Below are positions 30,152 to 39,592 of a DNA stretch of 64,000 bases, piece by piece (the first letter of the stretch is position 1; each line of letters begins with the position of its first letter). The notes beneath the pieces were generated by a model, which made no database searches, was not told the origin of the DNA, and saw nothing but the letters and a program-made list of their open reading frames with translations. Location of the stretch: contig CAVOKF010000005.1 in NCBI GenBank assembly GCA_963696385.1, forward strand, positions 352,001 through 416,000, in the 5' to 3' direction. The position numbers were made by a program, and so were the translations under genes. Source of the stretch: an uncultured delta proteobacterium (GTDB lineage Bacteria > Myxococcota_A > Polyangia > Polyangiales > Polyangiaceae).

Positions 30152-31408
30152 ATGCTCTCGGATGCGGCACGCGGCGGAGTTCAGGCTCCTTGGAGCGGTG
30201 CGCTTCTGAAGCCGGATGCCGAGCTGCAGCTCATCCTGCCAGAGCGCGACGTCGACGATCCCGAGATCTCGATCGTCGTGCCCGCTCTCAACGAAGAACT
30301 CACCATCGGTGACTTCGTCGATTGGTGTCTGCAGGGCCTGCGCAGTGCGGGCGCTCGCGGCGAAATCCTCATTATCGATAGCTCGACCGATGCCACGGCC
30401 GAGATTGCCCGTGCCCGCGGCGCGCGGGTCCTCAAAGCCCCCAAGCGCGGCCTCGGTCGCGCGTACATCGACGCGCTACCGTACATTCGCGGCCGATACG
30501 TGATCATGGGCGATTGCGATTGTACATACGACTTTCGCGAGCTCAGGCCCTTCGTAGAGAATTTCAGGAGCGGCGTCGCATTCGTAATGGGCTCTCGCTT
30601 CCGAGGGTATATCGAGCCGGGCGCGATGCCGCTCCTTCACCGGTACCTCGGAACGCCGGTGACAACTTGGATCCTCAACGTCATCTTCGCAAGCCACTTC
30701 TCCGATATCCACTGCGGGATGCGGGGCATTACGCGCGAGGCGCTGCAGGGGATGGGCTTGCAATCCCAGTCTTGGGAATATGCGTCCGAGATGGTGCTCA
30801 AGTCGGTCCATATGAAGCTTCGAACCGACGAGGTCCCTATCCGTTTTTTGAGAGATCGGGAGGGGAGAGTCAGCCACCACAAGCGCGCTGGGTGGTTTTC
30901 CCCGTGGCAGGCCGCCTGGATCAATCTGCGCGCGATGTTCGTCTACGGGGCTGCATTTTTCCTCTATCGGCCCGGGTTCTTTCTTTTTTTTCTTGGGGCG
31001 CTGCTTCTTTTGCCTCTGTCGTTCGGCCCGCTCACCCTCGGGCCGATCACGTTCTCATTGCATTGGATGTTGCTCGGTCTGACGCTGGCGACCCTCGGGC
31101 TGCAGTGCGTGTATTTGGGCATCCTCGTTCAGGTTTTCTTTGACTACTCGGGCGAGGCAACGAAGCGATGGTTCGCTCGCTTTCCCTACAATCGAACCGT
31201 GGCGCTGTCGGGGCTGGCGTTTATGGCGGGCCTGGCCATTAACCTGTGGCTCCTTGCGCACTACCTCCGGAATAACTTTCGGCTCGCCTCGGGGCTGACG
31301 CTGAACCATTTGGGCGTGACGGGTCTCTTTCTCATGATTGCCGGATTCATCACATTCGCCTTCGTTCTCTTGCTCCAATCGACAACCGTCATCGTGTCGC
31401 GACGCTGA
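30152..31408 (+). CDS. GT2 glycosyltransferase (polyprenyl-phosphate sugar synthase-like) with C-terminal TM helices
   Basis: SIVVPALNEE, DSSTD, MGDCDCTY, GSRF, SDIHCGMRG, E.ASEM, four C-terminal TMs. Confidence 0.9.
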   Translation: MLSDAARGGVQAPWSGALLKPDAELQLILPERDVDDPEISIVVPALNEELTIGDFVDWCLQGLRSAGARGEILIIDSSTDATAEIARARGARVLKAPKRGLGRAYIDALPYIRGRYVIMGDCDCTYDFRELRPFVENFRSGVAFVMGSRFRGYIEPGAMPLLHRYLGTPVTTWILNVIFASHFSDIHCGMRGITREALQGMGLQSQSWEYASEMVLKSVHMKLRTDEVPIRFLRDREGRVSHHKRAGWFSPWQAAWINLRAMFVYGAAFFLYRPGFFLFFLGALLLLPLSFGPLTLGPITFSLHWMLLGLTLATLGLQCVYLGILVQVFFDYSGEATKRWFARFPYNRTVALSGLAFMAGLAINLWLLAHYLRNNFRLASGLTLNHLGVTGLFLMIAGFITFAFVLLLQSTTVIVSRR

Positions 31409-31465
31409 GATGAGGGCTCGGAGGGGCCTCTCCGAGGGGTCAGGTGTGCTACGGTTGGACGCCCG

Positions 31466-32270
31466 ATGATGCCCAGATACGACACCGCGGCGAGCGCCAA
31501 AAGCACGACAGAGGTCACCCAAGACTGGAACGAGCACTGGAACGCGTTCGCCCTGATGACCGCGCGCAACCCGGCGCAAGCGTATCGAAGGAAGCTCGTA
31601 TTCGAGCACCTCGCCCTCGAACGGTTCCAAGGACCGGTTCGCCTGCTCGACTTGGGGAGCGGCACCGGAGAATTGGCCAAGGACGTTCTTCGATGCCGCG
31701 CGGAGGCGTCTGTCCTCGGTCTGGACTGCAGCCCGAGTGGGGTCGATTCTCGCGAGGAGAACGGTACCGAACGCTCGTTTCATCCAACAAGATTTCACGC
31801 AGCCACTGTCGCTCGCAGCCGAATATGACGGGTGGGCCACGCACGCGGTATGTGCCGAAGTTCTCGAGCACATCGAGGACCCCGTGCAAGTCTTGCGCAA
31901 CGTCAGGCCGTTGCTGGCTGACGGCTGTCGCCTGGTCGTCACGGTTCCGGCGGGGCCGATGAGCGCTTTCGACAAGCACATCGGTCACGTTCGCCACTTC
32001 GACCCAGGCTTGCTCGAGCGGACTCTGCGCCTCGCAGGGATGCGCGTGCTCGATCTCTATGGCGCAGGGTTTCCGTTTTTCAATTTGTACCGCCTGGTCG
32101 TAATCGCCCGCGGGACCAAACTAGTGGAAGACGCGACTCGGCCCGCCCGGGGGAGGCCGCCCCTCGCCGCCCTAGCGGCCATGGAGGCGTTCTCGTGGCT
32201 CTTCAAGCTCAACCCGCGTCGAACGACTCGAGGCTGGCAGCTGGTGGCGGTGGCCACGCCCCATCCATGA
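31466..32270 (+). CDS. Class I SAM-dependent methyltransferase, frameshift near 31748
   Basis: LLDLGSGTG in ORF 31466..31828 and AEVLEHIEDP/VTVP/GHVRHF in ORF 31737..32270. One extra T in GTC GAT t CTC. Confidence 0.8.
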
Positions 32271-33124
32271 TTCTCCCTCGGGTCTCCTCGGGCGCCCTGC
32301 CGCTTGACCTTGGAACGTCGTCGTACGCGTACATCGAGCGTCCCAATCCAGCTATCGTATCGCTTTTATCCAAACATGTCCTCGCGTTCAAGACCCACGC
32401 TCGCGTTCTCGATGTCGGGTGCGGATGCGGAGCCAATGCCCGGGCGTTTCACGAGCGCAGTCCTGCCGTCAGCGTCGTCGGCGTCGAGCCGAATCCGCGC
32501 GCCGCAGAGCTCGCGCGGTTGGCTTGCGACGAGGTCTTCCACGGCACGATGGAAGAGTGGCGCGCTGCCGCGACGAGGCCTGCACCCTTCGACGCGCTCG
32601 TGCTGTCGGACGTGCTCGAGCACATTGTCGATCCCATCGGGTTTATCCGTAGCCTCCAAGCCTTGGAGCCTGTTCGCGACGCCCTATGGATCGTTTCGGT
32701 CCCAAACTACGCGGTTTGGTACAATCGCGTCGCGACGGTTCTTGGATTGCAGGAATATCGCTGGTCCGGGCTATGGGATCGCACGCACCTGCGCTTTTTC
32801 ACGCGCCGTACCGCGCAGCAGCTTCTCGAGTATTGCGGGCTCTCGATCATCGACGAAGCGTGCACGCCCTCGGTCGTCCAGTCGGCTGCGCCGACGCTCC
32901 GCAAATGGTTTGAGGGGGAGCTGCAGCGAGGCGAGCATTTGGCGATGTCGGAATCGCGCGCCTACAAGCTCTATCGCGACTGGGTAGAACCGTTCGAATC
33001 GCGGGTTTGCCAAATCTGGCCCGAGCTTCTCGGCTTTCAACACGTTTGCGCCGCCCGACTCGGAAATCGGGACGGACTCCGAAATCATGCAGACTCAGCG
33101 GGCACCGTCACGTCCGGCGGGTAA
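32267..33124 (+). CDS. Class I SAM-dependent methyltransferase
   Basis: VLDVGCGCG, GVEPN, DVLEHIVDP, SVPN, GLWDRTHLRFFT. ATGA overlap with the previous gene. Confidence 0.9.
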   Translation: MILPRVSSGALPLDLGTSSYAYIERPNPAIVSLLSKHVLAFKTHARVLDVGCGCGANARAFHERSPAVSVVGVEPNPRAAELARLACDEVFHGTMEEWRAAATRPAPFDALVLSDVLEHIVDPIGFIRSLQALEPVRDALWIVSVPNYAVWYNRVATVLGLQEYRWSGLWDRTHLRFFTRRTAQQLLEYCGLSIIDEACTPSVVQSAAPTLRKWFEGELQRGEHLAMSESRAYKLYRDWVEPFESRVCQIWPELLGFQHVCAARLGNRDGLRNHADSAGTVTSGG

Positions 33125-33137
33125 CGTCAAGCCGGAC
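33051..33137 (+). repeat. Direct repeat C, copy 1 (pairs with 34948..35035)
   Basis: ccgcccga.tcggaaatc...ggactccgaaatcatgc...tccggcgggt..cgtc.aagccggac at both loci. Confidence 0.85.
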
Positions 33138-33140
33138 ATG

Positions 33141-33301
33141 GCACGAGACGTTCCACGAGATGGCTGCCTGCCTGGCCCGCCGACCGCGAACGAACGCATC
33201 ACTTCGCCTTCTGCCTATCGCCAAAAACTTCCAATTCGCTGAGCGCAAGGAGCGTTCGACCCGCACTGCGCACACGCACGAACCGGGCCCGTTCGTGATT
33301 G
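33141..33301 (-). repeat. Direct repeat B, copy 2: degenerate epimerase 5' stub plus intact discoidin-gene 3' end
   Basis: Aligns by eye with 29408..29574. The epimerase part carries indels. Confidence 0.9.
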
Positions 33302-34176
33302 AGGTGCACGATCCACCGATCGAATACGGTGTCGCGCCGTGCCACGTCTCGGAACGTCACGCCGTCGACCGAGATTTGAAGGGTAAGCGGCAAGCTGACG
33401 TCGAACCATCCGTCCACTCGGTTGTAGACATCGATGGTCGTGACGCGGTAAACGGCCTGCAGATCGACCGCCAACCAGGGGTCCGTTCCGGTATCGGTCG
33501 CGGCCCCGTAACTCGTTCCAATCTCTCCGTCGACCAGACCACTCATGTCGGGCTTGTTTGGATAAACACTGCTTGCGCTCACTGGCTTGCCATATGCGAG
33601 ATCCGGCCAGTAGACCGCGCTTACGGTCCGATACGTCACGAACGCAATCAAAAGGGCCGTGCCGGCTGCTCGTCCCCATCGGCTCGCACGCACGTGCACG
33701 AGCGTCCGCGCCTCGACACCGGCGGCGAGCTTTGACACCGCCCGTTCGAGCGCGCTTCTCGTTCGTTCGAGTTCTATCCGTTCGAGGCGATCGAAATAGA
33801 GTGGGTGAGAAGTGCCCACAGCATGGCGCACCCGCTCGAGATCGGCCTCCCGGTCGGGGGCGATCGCGTCGGCGCCGGCGCTCACAATGCGACTCGCAAG
33901 CCGGTCCGGCGGTTGGGCTTCGGCCACCGTGCTCGCCACTTCGGCGATGAGCTGGGCCCTTAGATACGCGAGCAAGGCCTCGCGAAAAAGGACACACGCC
34001 GCGACAGGATCCGCCGTCTTGCGCGCCGCACGCCGACGCAAGTCGGCTGCCGCCCGATGCGACGCGACGATCTCGTGCTGCCCAGGCGAGTAGCCGCGAA
34101 TGGTTCGCTCGGCCTCGCGGAGCAAGAAGAACTCGCCGATGGATGAATGATGCGAGAACACCGCGATTAACCTCAA
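33199..34176 (-). CDS. Membrane-anchored discoidin / F5-8 type C domain protein
   Basis: Helical N-terminus, one TM, then DLAYGKPVSASS, LVDG, PWLAVDL, VYNR, ARFVRV, LSELEVFG. Confidence 0.8.
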   Translation of the reverse strand: MRLIAVFSHHSSIGEFFLLREAERTIRGYSPGQHEIVASHRAAADLRRRAARKTADPVAACVLFREALLAYLRAQLIAEVASTVAEAQPPDRLASRIVSAGADAIAPDREADLERVRHAVGTSHPLYFDRLERIELERTRSALERAVSKLAAGVEARTLVHVRASRWGRAAGTALLIAFVTYRTVSAVYWPDLAYGKPVSASSVYPNKPDMSGLVDGEIGTSYGAATDTGTDPWLAVDLQAVYRVTTIDVYNRVDGWFDVSLPLTLQISVDGVTFRDVARRDTVFDRWIVHLNHERARFVRVRSAGRTLLALSELEVFGDRQKAK

Positions 34177-34452
34177 GCGAGCCGAGCGGCCTGGAGGTGC
34201 GGAACCGATACGTGGGTCTTGCGATCGAGCGTCTGAAAGCGACCGCCGTCATCGCAGTACGCCCCGCCGAAGCCGCGCGGCCCAGCTGCGACGCGCGTCG
34301 TCTTGGTCCACACGGCCCGCGACCTGGGGTCGCCAACGTCGTCCGCGCCGAATTCACCCATATACACTGGAAGGCCTTTCTTTTCCGCCCAGGAAAGCGC
34401 CACGTCGAGCGGCGCCTCGGGACCGGCCATGAGCTCCTCGTAGTGATGAAAC
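34173..34452 (-). pseudogene. Internally deleted GH5 paralog remnant
   Basis: FHHYEELMAGPEA fused directly to LDVA...LPVYMGEFGADDVGDPRSRAVW. The NEP-containing middle and the N-terminus present in 36030..37160 are missing. Confidence 0.85.
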
Positions 34453-34605
34453 CTCGCCGCGGGAGCGCCCGAAGTCGTGATCAGGTCGGTAGCACGGCGC
34501 GAGGCGTCGAGGAACCGGGCCCGAGCCACAACTTGACGCGTCCCGAAGATCGCTAACGTCGTCCGATCGCGCGGCGGGTGATGCCTGGCCTAGAGTGCCC
34601 TGCCA

Positions 34606-34850
34606 TTGCGGGTATCCTTTCGCCTCATGGCCACGCACTTGGCGACGACCGTGACGTTTGCTCGCGAGCGCTTCGGCGGTGCGTCATTCAATACCGCGCC
34701 GCACTCTCCACCGGTGTTCCAGGACATCGCGCACCAGCAGTCACCGGACAACGCCAAGCGCCTTGTCGTGTCTCGGTGGGATGCCGAACATTATATCGGT
34801 CTCGCGCTACGTGGCTATTCGCAGTGCCCCTGTCGCAAGCCGCTTCCGGA
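34606..34850 (+). pseudogene. Fragment of a GT-C mannosyltransferase-like gene
   Basis: RWDAEHYIGLALRGY resembles the RWD..Y..IA..GY motif of PIG-V-like GT-C enzymes. No following TM domain. Confidence 0.6.
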
Positions 34851-34895
34851 CGAAATGCGGAGCGCCGTGTGCGACGCACCGTACATTCGCGGCCG

Positions 34896-34948
34896 ACACC
34901 TGAACCCTCGGAGAGGCCCTCCGAGCTCTCATCTCAGCGTCGCCACAC
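34896..34948 (-). repeat. Inverted copy of 31394..31447 (GT2 stop plus intergenic hairpin)
   Basis: acacctgaaccctcggagaggccctccgagctctcatctcagcgtcgccacac is the near-exact reverse complement of 31394..31447. Confidence 0.9.
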
Positions 34949-35035
34949 CGCCCGATTCGGAAATCAAGAGGGACTCCGAAATCATGCGGATTCACCGGGG
35001 TCCGCCATCTCCGGCGGGTGGCGTCCAAGCCGGAC
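34948..35035 (+). repeat. Direct repeat C, copy 2
   Basis: Aligns with 33051..33137 and overlaps the 3' end of the GT2 gene at 34992..35780. Confidence 0.85.
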
Positions 35036-35780
35036 CGGACGCCCGGTTGTAGTGCCCCAACAAGCCTCGGAGTCTGACCCGAACGAGGTCCACCGGGTCG
35101 GTCATCGATGCGCGGAGTACGCGGATCTTGGACGGGCGGCGTTCTTCGTTCTGCACTACCGGGACGCGTCGGATGCAAGCGCCGAGGCGGATCGACGCGT
35201 AGAGGTACTCGATGTCGTACATGCCGCCGGAGACGATCTGCCGGCCCGCAAGTTCGCGGATGAGGGGGCCGCGGAAGGCTTTGAACCCGCATTGGGTATC
35301 GTAGAAGCGATTGGATCCGAAGACGATCGCGCGCTGCGCAGCAAAAAGGGCGCGAGAGAGAAGATAGCGCGCCGGTTCAGCCAGATTGCGGGTTAATGGG
35401 CGCTCGCCGATGACGACGTCGAACCCTTGGTCGTCGATGACGGACAAGAACCCCTCGATGTGCTTGAGCGGTACGGGCAGATCGGCGTCCATTGTGAAGA
35501 CCACCGAACCGCTCGCGGCGAGCGCTCCGATCCGGACGGCGTCGCCCTTTCCACGATGGCGACCGTCGATGGGTCGGATGGTGATCCGCTCTCCGTAAAT
35601 TCGTCGGCATCTTTCGGCGTACCGCCGGATGGCCACCTTGTAGGCCTCTCCGCTGTCGTCGACGAGCAGGATCTCGAAGCGATCACGGGGCAGCCCGGAC
35701 AGATGCGACGTCAGCAGGTCGAGACTGTCCGCGATCTCGGTCTCTTCGAGCGTCGGAATGACGAAAGACACGAGCCGCAT
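34992..35780 (-). CDS. GT2 glycosyltransferase, dolichyl/polyprenyl-phosphate glucose synthase-like
   Basis: VSFVIPT, LVDDS, GKGDAVRIG, MDADL, DTQCGFKAF, DIEYL. Confidence 0.88.
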   Translation of the reverse strand: MRLVSFVIPTLEETEIADSLDLLTSHLSGLPRDRFEILLVDDSGEAYKVAIRRYAERCRRIYGERITIRPIDGRHRGKGDAVRIGALAASGSVVFTMDADLPVPLKHIEGFLSVIDDQGFDVVIGERPLTRNLAEPARYLLSRALFAAQRAIVFGSNRFYDTQCGFKAFRGPLIRELAGRQIVSGGMYDIEYLYASIRLGACIRRVPVVQNEERRPSKIRVLRASMTDPVDLVRVRLRGLLGHYNRASGPAWTPPAGDGGPR

Positions 35781-36029
35781 GGAATGTGCCGATTCGTTAG
35801 GCGGTCGGCTCATGCAGATGCATCGTCCGAAAGACGCGGAAAGGGAACGCGAAGACGTGGAACGCGAACTGCTGGCGTCGCAATGGGCGAAGTGGCCATA
35901 CCGGGGTCGGACAAGGGGCGCCACCTCGGGCCGTTGAATTGTCGTGTCGTGGGCGACCCCGAGTCCTGGTTCCAGTGGCAACGGACCGTTTCGTTCTCGA
36001 AGAGGTTCGCGATATCGTCGCCGACGCCC

Positions 36030-37160
36030 ATGAAGGTTGCGATGACCGGGATGGTCTCCGTCCTCGCGCTCTGCGCCGCGGCATGCACCCCTACGGCGAA
36101 CGCTGCAACCCCGGTCGTTGCGTCGTCGCCGAACAGGGGTTCCGACATCCGGTTGAATCGGGGGATGAACCTCGGCGATGCTCTCGACGCGCCGAGCGAA
36201 GGAGCCTGGGGCGTGAGGCTGAGCGCGAGCGACTTTCCCGCCGTGAAACAGGCTGGCTTCGATCACGTGCGTCTGCCCATCCGATTCAACGCGCACGCAG
36301 CAGCCACGGCCCCGTACGCCGTGCAGCCGCAATTCTTCGAGCGCGTCGATTGGGCCGTTCGCCAAGCCCTCGACTCCGGACTCGGGATCGTCCTCGACTT
36401 TCACCACTACGAAGAACTCATGGCGGACCCGGAAGCACACCGCGAACGGTTTCTCGGGATCTGGCGCCAGATCGCGGACCGCTTCAAGGACCAGCCCGGC
36501 ACGGTCGCGTTCGAGCTCTTGAACGAACCGTGTGATGCCCTCGTGGCTTCCGTTTGGAACGAGATCCTCGCGGATGCGCTCAAGATCGTTCGGGCAACCA
36601 ACCCGACCCGCACGGTGGTCGTCGAGGGCGTGTTCTGGGCGTCGGCGAAGAACCTTCGAGACACGCTCGTCGTCCCCGAGGGCGATCCGAACCTCGTCGG
36701 CAGCTTCCACATGTATCAACCGATGCTGTTCACACACCAAGGCGCCGGCTGGATGCCGGGCGAGTACCAGACCCACGGCGTGGTGTTTCCCGGTCCGCCG
36801 GAGACGCCGATCGTACCTGTCCCGGCGGCAAGCGCCGTCGACTGGGTTCGGAGGTGGTTCGACCGGTACAATCGAGAGCCCGCCGAGACGAACCCGTGCA
36901 ATAAGGGCACGATTATCGATCAACTCGACATGGCCCGCACGTGGGGTAACCGCCATCACCTGCCGGTTTACATGGGTGAATTCGGTGCCGACGACGTCGG
37001 CGACCCGAAGTCTCGCGCCGCGTGGACCCGGGCTACGCGCGTGGAGGCGGAGCGACGCGGCTTCGGGTGGGCTTATTGGGACGACGGCGGGCACTTTCAA
37101 GTCCTTGACCGAGGGACTGGACAGTGGGCCCCGTCCTTGAGGGCGGCGCTGCTGGACTGA
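36030..37160 (+). CDS. GH5 endoglucanase-like lipoprotein
   Basis: Lipobox AAA-C, RGMNLG, HVRLP, acid/base FELLNEP, HMY.P..FTHQG, nucleophile YMGEFG, WAYWD. Confidence 0.92.
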   Translation: MKVAMTGMVSVLALCAAACTPTANAATPVVASSPNRGSDIRLNRGMNLGDALDAPSEGAWGVRLSASDFPAVKQAGFDHVRLPIRFNAHAAATAPYAVQPQFFERVDWAVRQALDSGLGIVLDFHHYEELMADPEAHRERFLGIWRQIADRFKDQPGTVAFELLNEPCDALVASVWNEILADALKIVRATNPTRTVVVEGVFWASAKNLRDTLVVPEGDPNLVGSFHMYQPMLFTHQGAGWMPGEYQTHGVVFPGPPETPIVPVPAASAVDWVRRWFDRYNREPAETNPCNKGTIIDQLDMARTWGNRHHLPVYMGEFGADDVGDPKSRAAWTRATRVEAERRGFGWAYWDDGGHFQVLDRGTGQWAPSLRAALLD

Positions 37161-37199
37161 AGCGTCGCGCGCGCCGGAGGCTCCCGATGATGCGCTCAC

Positions 37200-37330
37200 G
37201 CCCGAAGCACTCGGAGGCCTCAGCGGCGCCCTCGTCGCGATCCAGTCGCGGAGGACACCGATCGTATGCGCAGAGCCATCCGCTCGCGGATCCTCTATTT
37301 CTCGACAGACTCGACCGCGTCGTCCTCAGT
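37200..37330 (+). pseudogene. Degenerate remnant similar to the N-terminal region of the discoidin-domain gene
   Basis: Adjacent frames read EDTDRMRRAI and DPLFLDRLDRVVLSE, compared with ADLERVRHAV..HPLYFDRLERIELE in 33199..34176. Confidence 0.55.
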
Positions 37331-37366
37331 GAGATTCAGGTTTTCGGGGGCCAGTGACGCTGCCGA

Positions 37367-39592
37367 TCAACGCAGGGTCGCAAGGTTCGTGACGGGGTGG
37401 TGATCGAGTCGCTGCTGGCTGTTGCTCCAGACGCCCCAGTAGCGCTCGACGCCGATGCGATGGTTGAGCACGACGTCGATCTCGTACAGAAATCCCGCGC
37501 GCCAAAGCTTGGTCGGAATGCGGGGCGGGAAAGCCATGTCCCGGTCGACGGGGTCCACGGGAATGAGACTGAACGGCGCACGCGCCTCGATCGTGGAGCG
37601 AACCCTGAATATCGAGTCGGGGTTGATCGCGCCACCCGCGAGGAACAAGATCTCGATCTGGGGGTGTACGCCGTGCGTCACTCGAACGCCAATGAGTTGA
37701 AGTCCTCGGTCGAAGTCGGCGGCGACCGATCGATCCAGTTGAGCGTCGATTTTTGCGCGTAGCTCCCGCACACGCGCGGTGGCACCCGTGTACACCGCGA
37801 CGTTGTGCAGGATGCGTAGATTCTGGAGACTGGACTCGTTGCCGGAGGTCGGCGCCGGGCTCGGCTGCCCGAGGTGTACGCGCCACTCCCAGGTTTGAAG
37901 TGGATCGATACCGCCGATCTCGCGCACCGGTTCCCAACCTCCAAATACGAGCCATTCGAACGGGTTGGGTTCCCTCTCTTCGTAGTGAAACGCGTCGATC
38001 GGCGCGGGCGGTCGGCGTTGGTCCACCACCCAAATGTCGCCGTAAGCTTGAACATGCGCCTCGCCCGCTATGCGGGTTTGTTCGCCCGAGACGAGCCCGG
38101 ACGCCCGTCCAATCCAATACGGGTGAGTCGTCGTCGATGGCTGACTCGCAGCCGGGTCCGTGACGGGTCGCTGCTCCCCGTGCCACGTCCAAGTGTGTTC
38201 CCAATACCAGCTGATCGACGGGCTTACATCGAGAACCCAGTCGGGCCGCTTGGAAGGCACGAGCAGGTGCTTGATGACGAAGAGGAGGTCGATGTCGCTT
38301 CGGATCCGAGCTCCGTTGTCGTCGTAACGACCTCCCGTCCGGCGCCAAACGAGAAGAGCTTGAGCAGCGTTCGGTGCCATGGCGAGCGACGGCAAGATCC
38401 CCAAGACCAGAGCTGCGCATGCGCCGATCGTTCTTGCCCGTGACGGACTGGTGAGGAAGCGGCACCCCCTCTGCGTCATACTGCCGACAGTGGCCGAAAG
38501 CTGCGCCATGCCGAGGGCGAAGTACTCCGCGAATTGATGCGGCCAGAACACGTGAACATCGGCGCCGCCCTTGAAAGCGACGTACTGCGCGGTCGCGCCG
38601 AGCAAGACCGACAGCGAGTAGGCTTCTTCGTCGCGGCGGAAAAGAAGAAGCCGCACGAAAACGACCGGCACCGCCATCTTGCCGAGGCCGATGGCAAGCG
38701 GGGTGAAGCTGAAGTCGATCCAATTCTTGCGGGCCTCGAGAGCGGCTTTGAGGGAAGCTATGCCGCCGCCGCCTCGCAGGTCTCCCGCGGCCAACCAATC
38801 GCCGATCTTGTCGGCCCGTTGGAACAGCCCAACCCACAAGAGGAATGTGCACACAGCGATGACCGCCGATAGCGCCCACCAACGAGCATAGGTTTTGAAA
38901 TCGAAGTGCGGAGTCCATCGCGTCGGAAATACGAACGCCCGAAGAAAGCTCCAACCGAGAAGCGGTGCGACCAAGCAGTAGCCGGACCAATCGGCGGAGC
39001 ACGCGATGGAAAGCCCCACGAGACTAGCGACTTCGAACCGAGTCCTTCGGGTGGCCTGGTGGACCGAATGGCCCCAAAAAAAAAGGAGAGAGCCGAAAAT
39101 GCCCGGCGTCTCGAGGGCATTGAGAGTCGTGAACCCGACCGCGATCGGAACGACGACATAGGCGAACGTCGCCACGGCACCCACGACCGGGCCCCCCAAT
39201 TGTCGGCCAATGCCGTATAGCAAAGGTGGGATCCCGATGCTCATCAGGATCGCCGGCAGATGCACGACGAAGTCGTGCTCGCCAAATATCCATAGAAGCA
39301 GTGCGGTAGCGTAAAAGCAACCGAACGGGTGGTGGCAGTAGTATGCGCTGGGAGGAGGGCATGTCCCTTGGAACGCGTATCCGGCGGGGTAGAGCATCTT
39401 GAACCGCACGATCGCCGCGGAGAAGCAGGCCGTGGCCGCGCTGCCCGAGTCCGAGTGACCATTTCCGGGGATCTGAAACATTCCCCACGCTGCGGAGAAG
39501 GCGAACCAGACACAGGCGATCAATGCGATGACCCTCGCAGCCCGATCGACGGTTGATCGATCGATGCCCGGGCCTGTCACGCTCGAAGCCAT
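37367..39592 (-). CDS. ArnT/PMT-like (GT-C) membrane glycosyltransferase, putative
   Basis: Polytopic N-terminal half with YCHHPFG and IFGEHDFVVHLP..LS..LLY.IGR pattern, large soluble C-terminal domain. Confidence 0.72.
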   Translation of the reverse strand: MASSVTGPGIDRSTVDRAARVIALIACVWFAFSAAWGMFQIPGNGHSDSGSAATACFSAAIVRFKMLYPAGYAFQGTCPPPSAYYCHHPFGCFYATALLLWIFGEHDFVVHLPAILMSIGIPPLLYGIGRQLGGPVVGAVATFAYVVVPIAVGFTTLNALETPGIFGSLLFFWGHSVHQATRRTRFEVASLVGLSIACSADWSGYCLVAPLLGWSFLRAFVFPTRWTPHFDFKTYARWWALSAVIAVCTFLLWVGLFQRADKIGDWLAAGDLRGGGGIASLKAALEARKNWIDFSFTPLAIGLGKMAVPVVFVRLLLFRRDEEAYSLSVLLGATAQYVAFKGGADVHVFWPHQFAEYFALGMAQLSATVGSMTQRGCRFLTSPSRARTIGACAALVLGILPSLAMAPNAAQALLVWRRTGGRYDDNGARIRSDIDLLFVIKHLLVPSKRPDWVLDVSPSISWYWEHTWTWHGEQRPVTDPAASQPSTTTHPYWIGRASGLVSGEQTRIAGEAHVQAYGDIWVVDQRRPPAPIDAFHYEEREPNPFEWLVFGGWEPVREIGGIDPLQTWEWRVHLGQPSPAPTSGNESSLQNLRILHNVAVYTGATARVRELRAKIDAQLDRSVAADFDRGLQLIGVRVTHGVHPQIEILFLAGGAINPDSIFRVRSTIEARAPFSLIPVDPVDRDMAFPPRIPTKLWRAGFLYEIDVVLNHRIGVERYWGVWSNSQQRLDHHPVTNLATLR

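Noticed and set aside
27082..35035. Integron cassette array or shufflon
   Set aside because: No attC-like sites, no common repeated recombination site and no integrase or invertase. Each repeat pair has a different sequence
34992..37199. 735-aa minus-strand ORF, and other long antisense or alternate-frame ORFs (e.g. 18551..20452, 45909..48215, 57630..59294)
   Set aside because: Shadow ORFs expected in high-GC DNA. Only 34992..35780 has GT2 motifs, and the rest is antisense to the GH5 gene
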